Origin: an uncultured Candidatus Saccharibacteria bacterium
GTDB taxonomy: Bacteria > Patescibacteriota > Minisyncoccia > Phycocordibacterales > UBA918
NCBI GenBank assembly: GCA_964593375.1
Contig: CAZQIF010000003.1
Coordinates: 11,210-75,209, forward strand
DNA length: 64,000 nucleotides
Reading direction: 5' to 3'
Shown here: positions 26,132 to 36,736 of the stretch, in pieces
Numbering within the stretch: position 1 is the first letter of the stretch
Layout: every line of letters starts with the position of its first letter
Notes under the pieces: model-generated
The model's input: only the letters and a program-made list of their open reading frames with translations
Database searches by the model: none
What the model was told of the DNA's origin: nothing
Made by a program: the position numbers and the translations under genes

Positions 26132-29100
26132 ATGACTCACAACACACGAAAAGACAGAGAGATTTCTGTTGGCATGCTTCCAAAGAAGCACTTCCAGCAC
26201 TATCGTGATGCGCGCGTATCACTTCCTGACCTCGTCCAGCCACAGCGAGAATCATTCAAGTGGTTTGTTGAAACCGGTCTCAAAGAAGTATTCAAAGAGT
26301 TTTCACCAATTGGTGACTATTCTGAAAAGAAGTTTGAACTCGTTTTCAAGAAGTATGAACTGGGGAATCCAAAGACGACTCCTCAGTACGCAAAGGAAAA
26401 CAAGCTCACCTACGAAGCGCCACTTCGCGCGCAAGTAGTATTGCGCAACAAGACGTTTGCAGGAGAGAAAGAACAGGAAATCTTCATGGCAGACATTCCA
26501 GTCATGACTGAAAACGGAACCTTCATTGTGAACGGTGTTGAGCGCGTTATTGTGCCACAGCTCGCACGCTCATACGGAATCTTTTTCACTACAAGTGAAA
26601 CCAAGGGGCGAACCTACTTTGGTGCGAAGATAATTCCAGCGCGTGGTGCGTGGGTTGAAATTGAATCTGAAGCCGATGGTGCCATCTACGTAAAGATTGA
26701 CCGAAAGCGAAAGTTCCCGGTCTCATCACTGTTCCGTGTACTTGGTGCAAAAGATGAAAAAGCGGTCGCAGCGCTCTTCAAGGGAGTTCCATTTGCTGAG
26801 GAATTTCTTAAGGCAACATTCCTTAAAGATCCTGCAAAGACTGTTGATGACTCATACATCGAAATTTATCGTCGCCTCCGCGATGGTGACCTTGCGACCG
26901 TAGAAAACGCGCGCGAGTTTGTGAACTCAATCTTTGCTCCTGAGCGATACGACCTTTCAGAAATTGGACGACATCATTTTAACCAACGTTTCGGACTTCC
27001 TGTTGATGCGAAAGCGACTGCAGTCCGCACCGTCGGTCTAGAAGACATTGTGACGATTCTCAAAAACATCATCACGCAGAATCACACCCCCGGAGCAATT
27101 GCTGACGATATCGACCACCTCGGTTTCCGTCGTGTGCGCTACTTTGGAGAACTTCTCCAACAGCGTATCCGTGTTGGTATGACTCGTGTCAAGCGAAACG
27201 TACAAGACCGTATGTCAACGATTGAAGCTGAGACATCACTTCCAATTCAACTCGTGAACCCACGTCCACTTCAAGCAGCGATTAAGGAATTTTTCACCAC
27301 CAACCAGCTTTCACAGTTCATGCCACAGCAGAACATGCTCGCAGAACTCGAAGGTCTCCGTACGCTCTCAGCACTCGGTCCGGGTGGACTCACTCGTGAG
27401 CGCGCTGGCTTTGAGGTGCGTGACGTACACACGAGTCACTACGGCCGACTCTGTCCGATTCACACACCTGAAGGTCCAAACATTGGTCTCATTCTCCGTC
27501 TCTCAATGTACGCTCGCGTAAACCGATTCGGTATCATCGAGACACCATATGCAAAGGTGCATAAAGGAATCGTGACTGACGAGATTGTGTACCTTAATGC
27601 CCATGAAGAAGAGCACTACAACATCGCACACGCTGCGGTAGAAGTTGATGAAAAGGGAAAGATTAAGTCAGAAAACGTTGAGGCTCGCTACAATGGTGAC
27701 CCACGTGTTGTTCTCCCAAATGAAGTTGACTTCATCGACATTGCAACCAATCAGGCATTCTCTGTTGCAACCTCAATGATTCCATTCATTAACCACGACG
27801 ACGCCAACCGCGCACTCATGGGTTCAAATATGCAGAAGCAGGCTACGCCTTGTATCGTGCCTGAAGCACCACTCGTCGCAACGGGCGTTGAGGAAATGGC
27901 TGCTAGGGACACCGGACGCATGATTGTTGCGCATGAAGCAGGAGAAGTTATTGAAGCTGATGCAAAGCATGTCGTCCTCAAAGACAAAGACGGAAAGAAG
28001 CATGAATATGCACTCACGACATTCCAGCGCACCAACGACTTCTCTGCGTTCTACCACCGCACATCAGTTACGGTTGGCGATAAGGTAAAGCGTGGCGACG
28101 TACTCGCAAACACCTCTTCAACCGAAGCGGGTCAAATCGCACTTGGACAAAACGCACTCGTTGCCTTCATGAGTTGGAGCGGTGCAAACTATGAGGACGC
28201 CATCATTATTTCTGAGCGTCTCGTAAAGGATAGTAAGTTTGCAACGATTCACCTCGATGAACTCGAAGTGGCAGTTCGCGACACCAAGCTTGGGCCTGAA
28301 GTTACTACCCCAGACATTCCAAACGTTTCAGAGCAAAAGCTTCGCAACCTCGATGAAGAAGGAATCATTCGCGTTGGTGCAGAAGTGCGCCCAGGCGATA
28401 TTCTTGTCGGTAAAGTTACACCAAAGGGAGAGACACAGCTCACTCCTGAGGAACGACTTCTCCGTTCAATCTTCGGTGAGAAGGCAAAGGATGTGAAGGA
28501 CACTTCACTTCGTCTCGAAGCAGGAAAGCGCGGTCGCATTATCGGCGTGAAAGTATTCTCACGCGAGCAGGGTGACCAACTCGAATCGGGTGTCATCAAG
28601 CGCATTCACATTACCGTTGCACAGGTTCGTAACGTATCAGTGGGTGATAAGCTCGCAGGACGACACGGAAACAAGGGTGTTATCTCACGTATTCTTCCTG
28701 AGGAAGATATGCCGTACACAGAAGATGGAAAGCCGGTTGATGTGATTCTCACACCGCTCGGCGTTCCAAGCCGTATGAACCTCGGACAGATTCTTGAACT
28801 TCACCTTGGTATGGCGGCAAATACACTCGGCTACCAAGCAATCGTTCCTCCATTTGCAGGAGCATCAGAAACTGATGTGAAGGCAGAACTCGCGGCAGCA
28901 GGTTTGCCAACCGATGGAAAGATTCCACTTCGCGATGGACGAACCGGTGAAGCATTCGCACAGCGCATCTCAGTCGGGTACATGTACATTCTTAAACTTC
29001 ATCACATGGTTGAAGACAAGATTCACATGCGCTCAATTGGGCCGTACTCCCTCATTACGCAACAGCCACTCGGCGGAAAGGCACAGGTGGGAGGACAGCG

Positions 29101-29341
29101 ATTTGGAGAAATGGAAGTCTGGGCGCTTCTCGGATACGGTGCTGCATACACGCTCCGTGAAATGCTCACGATTAAGTCAGACGATATTGTTGGTCGTTCA
29201 GCCGCTTTTGACGCCATTGTGCGTGGAGAGCGTATTAGTCACCCACATACACCTGCAGCGTTTAACGTGCTCGTCAATCAACTCCGCGGTCTTTCACTCG
29301 ATGTTGATTTGAAGCGAGAAGGTGGTGTCGATAGAAATTAA
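26132..29341 (+). CDS. rpoB: DNA-directed RNA polymerase subunit beta
   Basis: Full-length RpoB conserved blocks (for example GRHGNKGVISRI and MEVWALLGYGAAYTL). Confidence 0.95.
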   Translation: MTHNTRKDREISVGMLPKKHFQHYRDARVSLPDLVQPQRESFKWFVETGLKEVFKEFSPIGDYSEKKFELVFKKYELGNPKTTPQYAKENKLTYEAPLRAQVVLRNKTFAGEKEQEIFMADIPVMTENGTFIVNGVERVIVPQLARSYGIFFTTSETKGRTYFGAKIIPARGAWVEIESEADGAIYVKIDRKRKFPVSSLFRVLGAKDEKAVAALFKGVPFAEEFLKATFLKDPAKTVDDSYIEIYRRLRDGDLATVENAREFVNSIFAPERYDLSEIGRHHFNQRFGLPVDAKATAVRTVGLEDIVTILKNIITQNHTPGAIADDIDHLGFRRVRYFGELLQQRIRVGMTRVKRNVQDRMSTIEAETSLPIQLVNPRPLQAAIKEFFTTNQLSQFMPQQNMLAELEGLRTLSALGPGGLTRERAGFEVRDVHTSHYGRLCPIHTPEGPNIGLILRLSMYARVNRFGIIETPYAKVHKGIVTDEIVYLNAHEEEHYNIAHAAVEVDEKGKIKSENVEARYNGDPRVVLPNEVDFIDIATNQAFSVATSMIPFINHDDANRALMGSNMQKQATPCIVPEAPLVATGVEEMAARDTGRMIVAHEAGEVIEADAKHVVLKDKDGKKHEYALTTFQRTNDFSAFYHRTSVTVGDKVKRGDVLANTSSTEAGQIALGQNALVAFMSWSGANYEDAIIISERLVKDSKFATIHLDELEVAVRDTKLGPEVTTPDIPNVSEQKLRNLDEEGIIRVGAEVRPGDILVGKVTPKGETQLTPEERLLRSIFGEKAKDVKDTSLRLEAGKRGRIIGVKVFSREQGDQLESGVIKRIHITVAQVRNVSVGDKLAGRHGNKGVISRILPEEDMPYTEDGKPVDVILTPLGVPSRMNLGQILELHLGMAANTLGYQAIVPPFAGASETDVKAELAAAGLPTDGKIPLRDGRTGEAFAQRISVGYMYILKLHHMVEDKIHMRSIGPYSLITQQPLGGKAQVGGQRFGEMEVWALLGYGAAYTLREMLTIKSDDIVGRSAAFDAIVRGERISHPHTPAAFNVLVNQLRGLSLDVDLKREGGVDRN

Positions 29342-29357
29342 TTAATAGTCACTAACT

Positions 29358-32300
29358 TTGTATAACAATATGAGAAATCAAGCACCACAATTGTTCAGCG
29401 AAGTGAGCCTCAAGCTCGCATCTCCTGAGCGAATCCTCGAATGGTCAAAGGGTGAAGTCACAAAGCCAGAGACTATTAACTACCGCACACAGCGTCCTGA
29501 AAAGCACGGTCTCTTTGATGAAAGGATATTCGGTCCGGTTGAGGACTACGAGTGTTCTTGCAAGAAGTATCGTGGCATCCGCTACAAGGGAATTACCTGT
29601 GAGAAGTGTGGTGTTGAAATCACCCGCTCAATCGTACGACGCGAACGCATGGGGCACATTGAGCTCTGCGTGCCCGTCTCACACATTTGGTTCCTTCGTG
29701 GTGTTCCATCACGTATTGCGCTTATTTTAGGAACATCAGCAGCGTCAATTGAAAAAGTTGTGTACTTCGCAGGATACATCGTCACGAAAGTGAGTGAAGA
29801 AGAACGAACTCGACTCCTTCGCGAGCTTGATACTGAATACAAGACGAAGCACAAGGAACTCACGAGCGACCTCGCACGTGAAGAACTCAAGAATCGCATG
29901 GAAGAGATGAAGAAGGAGATTCAGGGTATTACCCAAGGAGCTATCCTTGACGAGATGCACTTCCACAAATTCTCAATGAAGTACAGCGTACTCTTTGAGG
30001 CAGAGATTGGTGCTGAGGCAATATTTCAACTCTTCAAGAAGCTTGACCTTGTCTTGCTCCGCGAGCGACTCGAAAAGGAGCGCGAGACTGCGGGCGCTGC
30101 AGAGCGTACCAAGCTCGACAAGCGACTTTCACTCATTCGCGGCATGATTCATGCGGGCGTCAGGCCTGAGTGGATGTTCCTCACCCGTATTCCGGTTATC
30201 CCACCAGCGCTTCGTCCTATGGTTGCGCTCGAAGGAGGACGTCATGCGTCATCAGACCTTAACGACCTCTATAGGCGTGTTATTAACCGAAACAATCGCT
30301 TGAAGAAACTCATCGACATCATGGCGCCAGACGTTATTCTTCGTAACGAAAAGCGTATTCTTCAAGAAGCGGTAGACGCACTCATCGACAACTCAATTCG
30401 TCACGGCAACACTGCATACTCAGCAATGAGTCAGGCACAGCGCCGACCACTTAAGTCACTCGCCGATTACCTCAAGAGCAAGCAAGGTTATTTCCGTCAG
30501 AACTTGCTCGGTAAGCGCGTCGACTATTCAGGACGTTCGGTGATTGTTATTGGACCAGACCTCGCACTCGACCAGTGTGGTCTGCCAAAGCACATGGCAC
30601 TTGAGCTTTTCCGCCCATTCGTCATTTCAGAACTCTTAAAGCAAGAACTTGCATACAACATTCGTGGTGCAGGACGCTTGATTGAAGACGGAGTGCCAGA
30701 AGTCTGGGCAATTCTTGAAAATGTGATTCGTGATCGACACGTACTTCTTAACCGCGCACCGACACTGCACCGTCAGGGTATTCAGGCGTTCCGCCCAGTG
30801 CTCATTGAAGGTAACGCGATTCAGGTTCACCCACTCGTTTGTCGTGCGTTCAACGCCGACTTCGACGGAGACCAGATGGCGGTACACGTACCACTTTCAG
30901 TGGAGGCACAGCTCGAAGCACGAGAAATTATTTCTGCAAACAAGAACATCCTAAAGCCTGGATCTGCTGAACCAGTCGTTTCTGAAAAACTTCTCGATAT
31001 GGCACTTGGTGCATTCTGGATGACCAAGATTGTCGAAAATGCAAAAGGTGAAGGAAAGTTCTTCCAGTCACCAAACGCTGCGATTCTCGCCTTTGACTTC
31101 GGTGTTATCGACATTCGCGCAAAGGTAAAGGTACTCGCAACGAGTACACCGAAATACGCGCAGTTTGAAGAAAAACTTTTTGAGACAACGGTTGGACGAC
31201 TCCTCTTCAACTCAGTACTTCCAAGCGAACACCCATTCATTAACGATGTGATTACTCAGCGCGCACTCTTTGGCATCGTCGTTGATATTATTGACGATGA
31301 AGGAATTGGTGCGGTGCCAAAGATTGTTGACCGCATGAAGCGATTCGGATTCGAGTACGCGACAAAGTCAGGAACGACATGGGGAATTGACGACGTGGTC
31401 GTGCCAGAAGAAAAGAAAGGCATAATCGCAAAGGCACGCGCATCAGAAAAAACGATTCTCGAACATTTCGACGAAGGTCTCCTCTCACGAGAAGAACGAC
31501 GACGCCTCATCATTGGTATTTGGCACAAGGCGAAGACCGAGATTGAGGAAATCCTCCCAAGTACACTCGACAAGAACGGCTCAGTCTACGATATGTGGAA
31601 GTCTGGCGCCCGCGGTTCTATGGGACAGATTGCACAGATGGCCGGTATGAAGGGTCTCATCATCAACACAAGGGGGGAGACACTCGAGTTCCCAATTCTT
31701 TCATCAATGAAGGAAGGTATGAGCCCGATTGAATACTTCATTACGACACACGGTTCACGAAAAGGTCTCGCCGACACCGCGCTTCAAACCGCGAAGGCTG
31801 GATACCTCACTCGTCGTCTCTTTGTGGTTGCCCAAGACGCAATCGTGACTGAAGATAACTGTAAGACAAAGGAGGGTGTGACGATTGGTCGCACGAGTTC
31901 TTCAGGAATTCAGATTGCATTCAGTAAGGCGACACGTGGTCGTATTCTCGCTGAAGATGCAGTACTCCCTGACGGGACTGTACTTTTCAAGAAAGGACAC
32001 CTCCTTTCACGACTCGATTCACTTACTGTCGAAGAAAGTAAGGTTGAATCAGTTGTCGTGCGTTCACCGATGACCTGTAAGACACTCCAAGGAGTATGTC
32101 AGCAGTGTTACGGAATCGACCTCACGACAAACAAACTCGTTGATATTGGAGAGGCGGTAGGAACCGTTGCCGCACAGGCGATTGGTGAACCAGGAACACA
32201 GCTCACCATGAACACGAAGCACGCCGGAGGAGCTGCGTCAGTCGGTGGAGACGTGACCCAGGGTCTCCCTCGCGTTGAAGAAGTATTCGAAAAGCGTCTT

Positions 32301-33023
32301 CCCAAGATTCCTGCAATTATTTCGCACACCGATGGTGTCGTCACTGACATTCGTACTGAAGGACGCGAAAAGATTATTGTGGTTGCACCAACACTCGGCT
32401 CTAAGTACGCAACAAAGAAGAACGACAACATTGAGTACCCAGTACACTTCCGTCGCGTCGTGGCGGTCATTGTTGGGGAGGCAGTAAAGCAGGGACAATT
32501 CCTCACGGATGGTTCTGCAAGTCTTCCTGAACTCTTCAAGTACGCAGGCGAGCAAGCAACACAGGAATACATCATTAACGAAACAAACAAGATTTACGAA
32601 CTCCAGGGTGTGACGATTTCACGCAAGCACATTGAGCTCATCGTAAAGCAGATGCTTTCACGCGTGAAGATTACGAACAGTGGGGACAGTCACTTCACGA
32701 CAGGGGATGTTGTCGAGGAATGGAACTTTGTTCGCATCAACAACGAAATCAAGGAGAAGGGAGGAGAGCCAGCAAAGGCTGACAAGCTTATTCTCGGAAT
32801 CACTGAGACCTCACTCTCACGAAAGAGTTTTCTCTCAGCAGCTTCATTCCAAAACACCACACGCGTTCTCATCAACGCAGCGGTGCGCGGAAGTGAAGAC
32901 AAGCTCACCGGACTCATGGAGAACGTCATTATTGGTCGACTCATTCCTGCAGGAACGGGCTTCAAGGGAAGTAAGAAGTTTGATTTGATTCAGACTGTGG
33001 CAGAGAAAGACGGCGACGAGTAA
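29358..33023 (+). CDS. rpoC: DNA-directed RNA polymerase subunit beta prime
   Basis: Zinc-binding CxC...CxxC and NADFDGD catalytic motif. Confidence 0.95.
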   Translation: MYNNMRNQAPQLFSEVSLKLASPERILEWSKGEVTKPETINYRTQRPEKHGLFDERIFGPVEDYECSCKKYRGIRYKGITCEKCGVEITRSIVRRERMGHIELCVPVSHIWFLRGVPSRIALILGTSAASIEKVVYFAGYIVTKVSEEERTRLLRELDTEYKTKHKELTSDLAREELKNRMEEMKKEIQGITQGAILDEMHFHKFSMKYSVLFEAEIGAEAIFQLFKKLDLVLLRERLEKERETAGAAERTKLDKRLSLIRGMIHAGVRPEWMFLTRIPVIPPALRPMVALEGGRHASSDLNDLYRRVINRNNRLKKLIDIMAPDVILRNEKRILQEAVDALIDNSIRHGNTAYSAMSQAQRRPLKSLADYLKSKQGYFRQNLLGKRVDYSGRSVIVIGPDLALDQCGLPKHMALELFRPFVISELLKQELAYNIRGAGRLIEDGVPEVWAILENVIRDRHVLLNRAPTLHRQGIQAFRPVLIEGNAIQVHPLVCRAFNADFDGDQMAVHVPLSVEAQLEAREIISANKNILKPGSAEPVVSEKLLDMALGAFWMTKIVENAKGEGKFFQSPNAAILAFDFGVIDIRAKVKVLATSTPKYAQFEEKLFETTVGRLLFNSVLPSEHPFINDVITQRALFGIVVDIIDDEGIGAVPKIVDRMKRFGFEYATKSGTTWGIDDVVVPEEKKGIIAKARASEKTILEHFDEGLLSREERRRLIIGIWHKAKTEIEEILPSTLDKNGSVYDMWKSGARGSMGQIAQMAGMKGLIINTRGETLEFPILSSMKEGMSPIEYFITTHGSRKGLADTALQTAKAGYLTRRLFVVAQDAIVTEDNCKTKEGVTIGRTSSSGIQIAFSKATRGRILAEDAVLPDGTVLFKKGHLLSRLDSLTVEESKVESVVVRSPMTCKTLQGVCQQCYGIDLTTNKLVDIGEAVGTVAAQAIGEPGTQLTMNTKHAGGAASVGGDVTQGLPRVEEVFEKRLPKIPAIISHTDGVVTDIRTEGREKIIVVAPTLGSKYATKKNDNIEYPVHFRRVVAVIVGEAVKQGQFLTDGSASLPELFKYAGEQATQEYIINETNKIYELQGVTISRKHIELIVKQMLSRVKITNSGDSHFTTGDVVEEWNFVRINNEIKEKGGEPAKADKLILGITETSLSRKSFLSAASFQNTTRVLINAAVRGSEDKLTGLMENVIIGRLIPAGTGFKGSKKFDLIQTVAEKDGDE

Positions 33024-33043
33024 TAGAACTTACGGAAACAGCG

Positions 33044-33127
33044 CATTTCTTTGTCGCACATCACAAAATAATTCTCATCGTATATCTTTATACGCCTCGA
33101 ATTATTTTGTTTGTGCTTCTCGAACTG
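33044..33127 (+). repeat. intergenic repeat family 3, copy H2 (about 20 nt after the rpoC stop)
   Basis: Collinear with H1: ATTTCTTTGTC...AAAATAATTCTCATCGTATA...TACGCCTCGAAT...TTCTCGAACT. Confidence 0.55.
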
Positions 33128-33203
33128 CATCTGTGTCCGTAAGTTCTAGAGTGACGAGGTCTGGAACATTTTGAGACAAGTTTAGGATGTGGTAAATGAA
33201 AAC

Positions 33204-33246
33204 AAACAACTGCCGGATGCCTTTGGCATCCGGCAGTTGTTTCGTC
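33204..33246 (+). terminator. strong intrinsic terminator after rpoC
   Basis: AACAACTGCCGGATGCC ttt GGCATCCGGCAGTTGTT then TCG; a perfect TATAAT at 33300 to 33305 follows, upstream of dnaG. Confidence 0.6.
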
Positions 33247-33314
33247 TCGCGACAAAATTCCACTAACGTCAACACCTCACCCTAAGCACAAAAATCCCGT
33301 ATAATACACGCATT

Positions 33315-35030
33315 ATGGCGAGAACCCTGGTAGAAGAAATTAAGGAACGACTCTCAATTCTTGATGTCGTGGGTATGTACGTTGAACTCCAAAAGGCAGG
33401 GAAGAGCTACAAAGGAAAGTCCCCGTTTACGACTGAAAAAACACCGTCATTCTTCGTCTCTCCCGACCGTGGTGTCTACTTTTGTTTCTCGTCCCAAAAA
33501 GGAGGCGACATGTTCACCTTCATTGAAGAGATGGAAGGTGTTGATTTTAAGGGTGCCCTCAAAATTCTTGCGGATAAAGCCGGCGTTGAACTCGTCCCCG
33601 AAGATCCAAAAACGCGCGATGAGCGCGAGACCGAGTATGCACTCCTCGAAGAAGCAACACAATTTTTTTTCAAACAGCGTGAGGTGCACCCTCATGTGGA
33701 TGAATATATCGCTGACCGTGGAGTGAGTGGAACGACCATCTACGCATGGCGCATTGGCTACGCACCCGACGAGTGGCGCGCACTCAAAGCACACCTCACC
33801 GAAAAAAAGTTTACCGAGGCGCAGATGCTCCACGCTGGCCTCATCAAGAAAACTGACCCCAATAAAGAATCGTACGACGTCTTCCGCGACCGCGTCATGT
33901 TTCCGATTCGTGATGTCTCTGGGCGCGTCGTTGCATTCTCAGGACGCACGCTCAAGAAAGAAGACGGTATCCCGAAGTACGTGAACTCACCCGAAACTGA
34001 CCTCTTCAAAAAGTCTGAAATCCTCTACGGCTACGACATCGCGAAGCAGGGCATCCGCCATATGGACTTCTCGCTCATTGTCGAAGGGCAGTTTGATATT
34101 GTGCTCGCGCACCAAGCCGGGTACTCAAATACCGTGGCAGTCTCAGGCACTGCATTTACTCAGCATCACATCATGCTCCTCCAGCGTCTCTCAAATCGTG
34201 CGGTCCTCGCACTCGATTCAGATAGGGCCGGTATCGCCGCGGTGAAGCGCTCCGCGGGGCTTATGCTCGAGCGTGGAATGGATGTGAAAGTAGCACGCAT
34301 GGAAGGTGGAAAGGATCCGGCAGACATCATCAAAGCAGACCCAAAGGAATTTAAAAAGTTCATCGGCAACGCAGTACACGTCGTCGACTTTCTCCTCGGG
34401 GTTCTCAAAGAGGGAATGAAAGACGAGCGTACGTACAAGCTTCGCGTGCGTGAAGAAATTCTTCCGCTCCTCCTTGTGATGCCAAACCACATTGACCGCG
34501 AGCATTTCGAAGGAGTGGTTGCTGACGCTATTGGGACGCGCAAAAATGCCATTCACTACGAAATGGAGCGCCTCGCCGAAAAGCATGTTCGCGAACTACG
34601 GCCAGACGACAGTGTAGTGCGCCCACCGGTAAAGACCGCGGTGAAGCGAAGTGTTGAGCTCACCTCATACCTCCGCGCGATTGCAGTCATTGAAGAAGGG
34701 GAGCGCCCAGCGCTTGCGCGCCAAATTGAAGAACGACTCGTCATACTTTTCGACGCCGACATACTCAAAACCCTTCCCGAGGAGAAGACACTTTTTGTCG
34801 TTGAAAAGCACTTCGAAGGATTGACCGAAAAGAACATTCTCGAGGAGGTAAATGATGTCCTCAAACAGCTCACCGAACTCATAGCCAAAGAGCGACTTTC
34901 AAAATTGCGCGAGGATATCCGCCGTGCCGAGGAGGCAGGGGACGAAAGTCTCGTTATGCGCTTTGTTGAGGAAACAAAAAAGGCAGAAACGTGGTTACAA
35001 AAAGCAACTCCGGTCACTTTGCCAGAGTAG
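33315..35030 (+). CDS. dnaG: DNA primase
   Basis: CHC2 zinc-finger region and Toprim (EGQFDIVLAHQAGYSNTVAVSGTAFT). Confidence 0.9.
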   Translation: MARTLVEEIKERLSILDVVGMYVELQKAGKSYKGKSPFTTEKTPSFFVSPDRGVYFCFSSQKGGDMFTFIEEMEGVDFKGALKILADKAGVELVPEDPKTRDERETEYALLEEATQFFFKQREVHPHVDEYIADRGVSGTTIYAWRIGYAPDEWRALKAHLTEKKFTEAQMLHAGLIKKTDPNKESYDVFRDRVMFPIRDVSGRVVAFSGRTLKKEDGIPKYVNSPETDLFKKSEILYGYDIAKQGIRHMDFSLIVEGQFDIVLAHQAGYSNTVAVSGTAFTQHHIMLLQRLSNRAVLALDSDRAGIAAVKRSAGLMLERGMDVKVARMEGGKDPADIIKADPKEFKKFIGNAVHVVDFLLGVLKEGMKDERTYKLRVREEILPLLLVMPNHIDREHFEGVVADAIGTRKNAIHYEMERLAEKHVRELRPDDSVVRPPVKTAVKRSVELTSYLRAIAVIEEGERPALARQIEERLVILFDADILKTLPEEKTLFVVEKHFEGLTEKNILEEVNDVLKQLTELIAKERLSKLREDIRRAEEAGDESLVMRFVEETKKAETWLQKATPVTLPE

Positions 35031-35091
35031 GTGGAACCCACCTCACATTGAAAGAAAAACCGTGGACAAACGTATAATATAATGTATAGTT

Positions 35092-36432
35092 GTGGACATT
35101 ATGGCTCTGAAAAAGACCAAGAAACAGAATACAAAAGGAAAAAAGCCGGCTCCAAAAAAGCCGGTCAAGAAGTCTATAAAAGCAAAAAAGTCTGCACCGA
35201 AAACAAAAAAGGTGTCAGCAAAAAAAGGAGCCAAGAAAGTAACACCAAAAAAGAAAGTTACAAAGAAGGTAGTTAAGGCAAAGAAGGTTGCTCCGAAAAA
35301 AGTCGCAAAGAAAGCGGTTGTTAAAAAACCAGCAAAGCCAGTAAAGCTCACGAAGGCAGAATTGCTCCTCGAGAGTAAGGCAGCAGTACTTCTTACCGCA
35401 GGACGCACACGCGGATACATTACGTATGACGAAATTCTCAAGGAATTTCCTGAGATTGAAAACAACGTCAACTTTCTCGAGACACTCTACGAACGTCTAG
35501 CGACGGCGAGTATTGATGTGCTCGGCTCAGGTGGTATGCTCGGCAACGACGAGAACGAAGACCTGCTCGACAAGCGCAATGTATATCGCCGAAACGAAAG
35601 TAGCGGATACGATTCTATTCAGATGTACCTACGTGAAATCGGCCAGTACCCACTTCTTACCGCACACGAAGAGCGCACACTCGCGAAGCGTATTGTGGAC
35701 GGTGATGCAGAGGCACGTAATCTCCTCGCACGCGCAAACCTCCGCCTCGTTGTTTCTATTGCAAAGAAGTACGTAGGACGAAGCCCTGACCTCACACTCC
35801 TCGACCTTATTCAGGAAGGAAACCTCGGTCTCTTTAAAGCGGTTGATAAGTTCGACTTCACGAAAGGATTCAAGTTTTCTACGTATGCAACGTGGTGGAT
35901 TCGTCAGGCAATTACCCGTGCACTCGCCGACCAGTCACGCACCATTCGTATTCCGGTACACATGGTTGAAACAATGGCAAAGTACAAGCAGGTCTCACGA
36001 CGCTTGGCACAAGACTTAGGCCGTGACCCAATGGCAGAAGAGATTGCGACCGAGATGGGTGTTGAAGTAGAAAAAATTTACCAGATTGAAAAAATCAGTC
36101 AGGATACTATTTCACTTGAACTTCCAATCGGCGACGACGATGATCGCTCACGACTTTCAGACTTTATTTCAGACGACAAGATTATGGCGCCAGACCAAGA
36201 GGTTGCACATCGCATTCTCGCCGACCAGATGCAAGAAATTCTTGATACGCTTTCAGAAAAGGAACGCAAGATTCTCGAAATGCGTCACGGACTTCTCGAT
36301 GGTACGTACCACACACTCGAAGAGGTGGGGAAGGAGTTTGGGGTTACCCGCGAGCGTATTCGCCAAATCGAAGCAAAGGCTCTCGAGAAGATTAGACAGC
36401 ACGAGAAGGCTAGACGTTTAAAGAGCTACTAA
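35092..36432 (+). CDS. rpoD: RNA polymerase sigma factor RpoD with a histone-like Lys/Ala/Pro-rich N-terminal tail
   Basis: Regions 2 to 4 ([30 protein letters not shown], region 4 helix-turn-helix); about 80 aa K-rich N-terminus. Confidence 0.9.
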   Translation: MDIMALKKTKKQNTKGKKPAPKKPVKKSIKAKKSAPKTKKVSAKKGAKKVTPKKKVTKKVVKAKKVAPKKVAKKAVVKKPAKPVKLTKAELLLESKAAVLLTAGRTRGYITYDEILKEFPEIENNVNFLETLYERLATASIDVLGSGGMLGNDENEDLLDKRNVYRRNESSGYDSIQMYLREIGQYPLLTAHEERTLAKRIVDGDAEARNLLARANLRLVVSIAKKYVGRSPDLTLLDLIQEGNLGLFKAVDKFDFTKGFKFSTYATWWIRQAITRALADQSRTIRIPVHMVETMAKYKQVSRRLAQDLGRDPMAEEIATEMGVEVEKIYQIEKISQDTISLELPIGDDDDRSRLSDFISDDKIMAPDQEVAHRILADQMQEILDTLSEKERKILEMRHGLLDGTYHTLEEVGKEFGVTRERIRQIEAKALEKIRQHEKARRLKSY

Positions 36433-36577
36433 CAGCATGAGGCAAGACGCTAAAACGCCTGCTCCCCGTGTGGTCGCAGGCGTTAAGCGTTTGCATAAGC
36501 AAATCATAGTCACACTACGTGCTCCTTGATTTCCTAAAAAGCTAGAAGGCTCAAAAGCTATTAAATTTTAAAACCAT

Positions 36578-36613
36578 CAAAAATCCCTGAACGTCTGTTC
36601 AGGGATTTTTGTT
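36578..36613 (+). terminator. intrinsic terminator
   Basis: AAAAATCCCTGAA cgtctg TTCAGGGATTTTTGTT; the same stem recurs at 39078 to 39113. Confidence 0.55.
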
Positions 36614-36673
36614 AAACAGCCCACTTACAAATTGATTCTATCTTGGCACGACGCTTTGCGTTGGGGTTTTCGC

Positions 36674-36717
36674 GTATATCACAGCTTTGTTGTCGAACGA
36701 CAACAAAGCTGTGATAT
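36674..36717. promoter_or_regulatory. perfect 21-bp-arm palindrome (operator or hairpin candidate)
   Basis: TATATCACAGCTTTGTTGTCG aa CGACAACAAAGCTGTGATATA, 20 nt upstream of the regulator start. Confidence 0.5.
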
Positions 36718-36736
36718 ATTTAAAGTACACTTCTGT

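Noticed and set aside
35043-35471. 142-aa minus-strand ORF (FF/TFF-rich)
   Set aside because: Antisense of the Lys/Ala-rich N-terminal tail of rpoD.
36632-36736. Upstream 35 codons of the PaaX-like ORF as given in the track
   Set aside because: This frame would translate straight through the perfect 44-bp palindrome. The start at Met 36737 is preferred but not proven.
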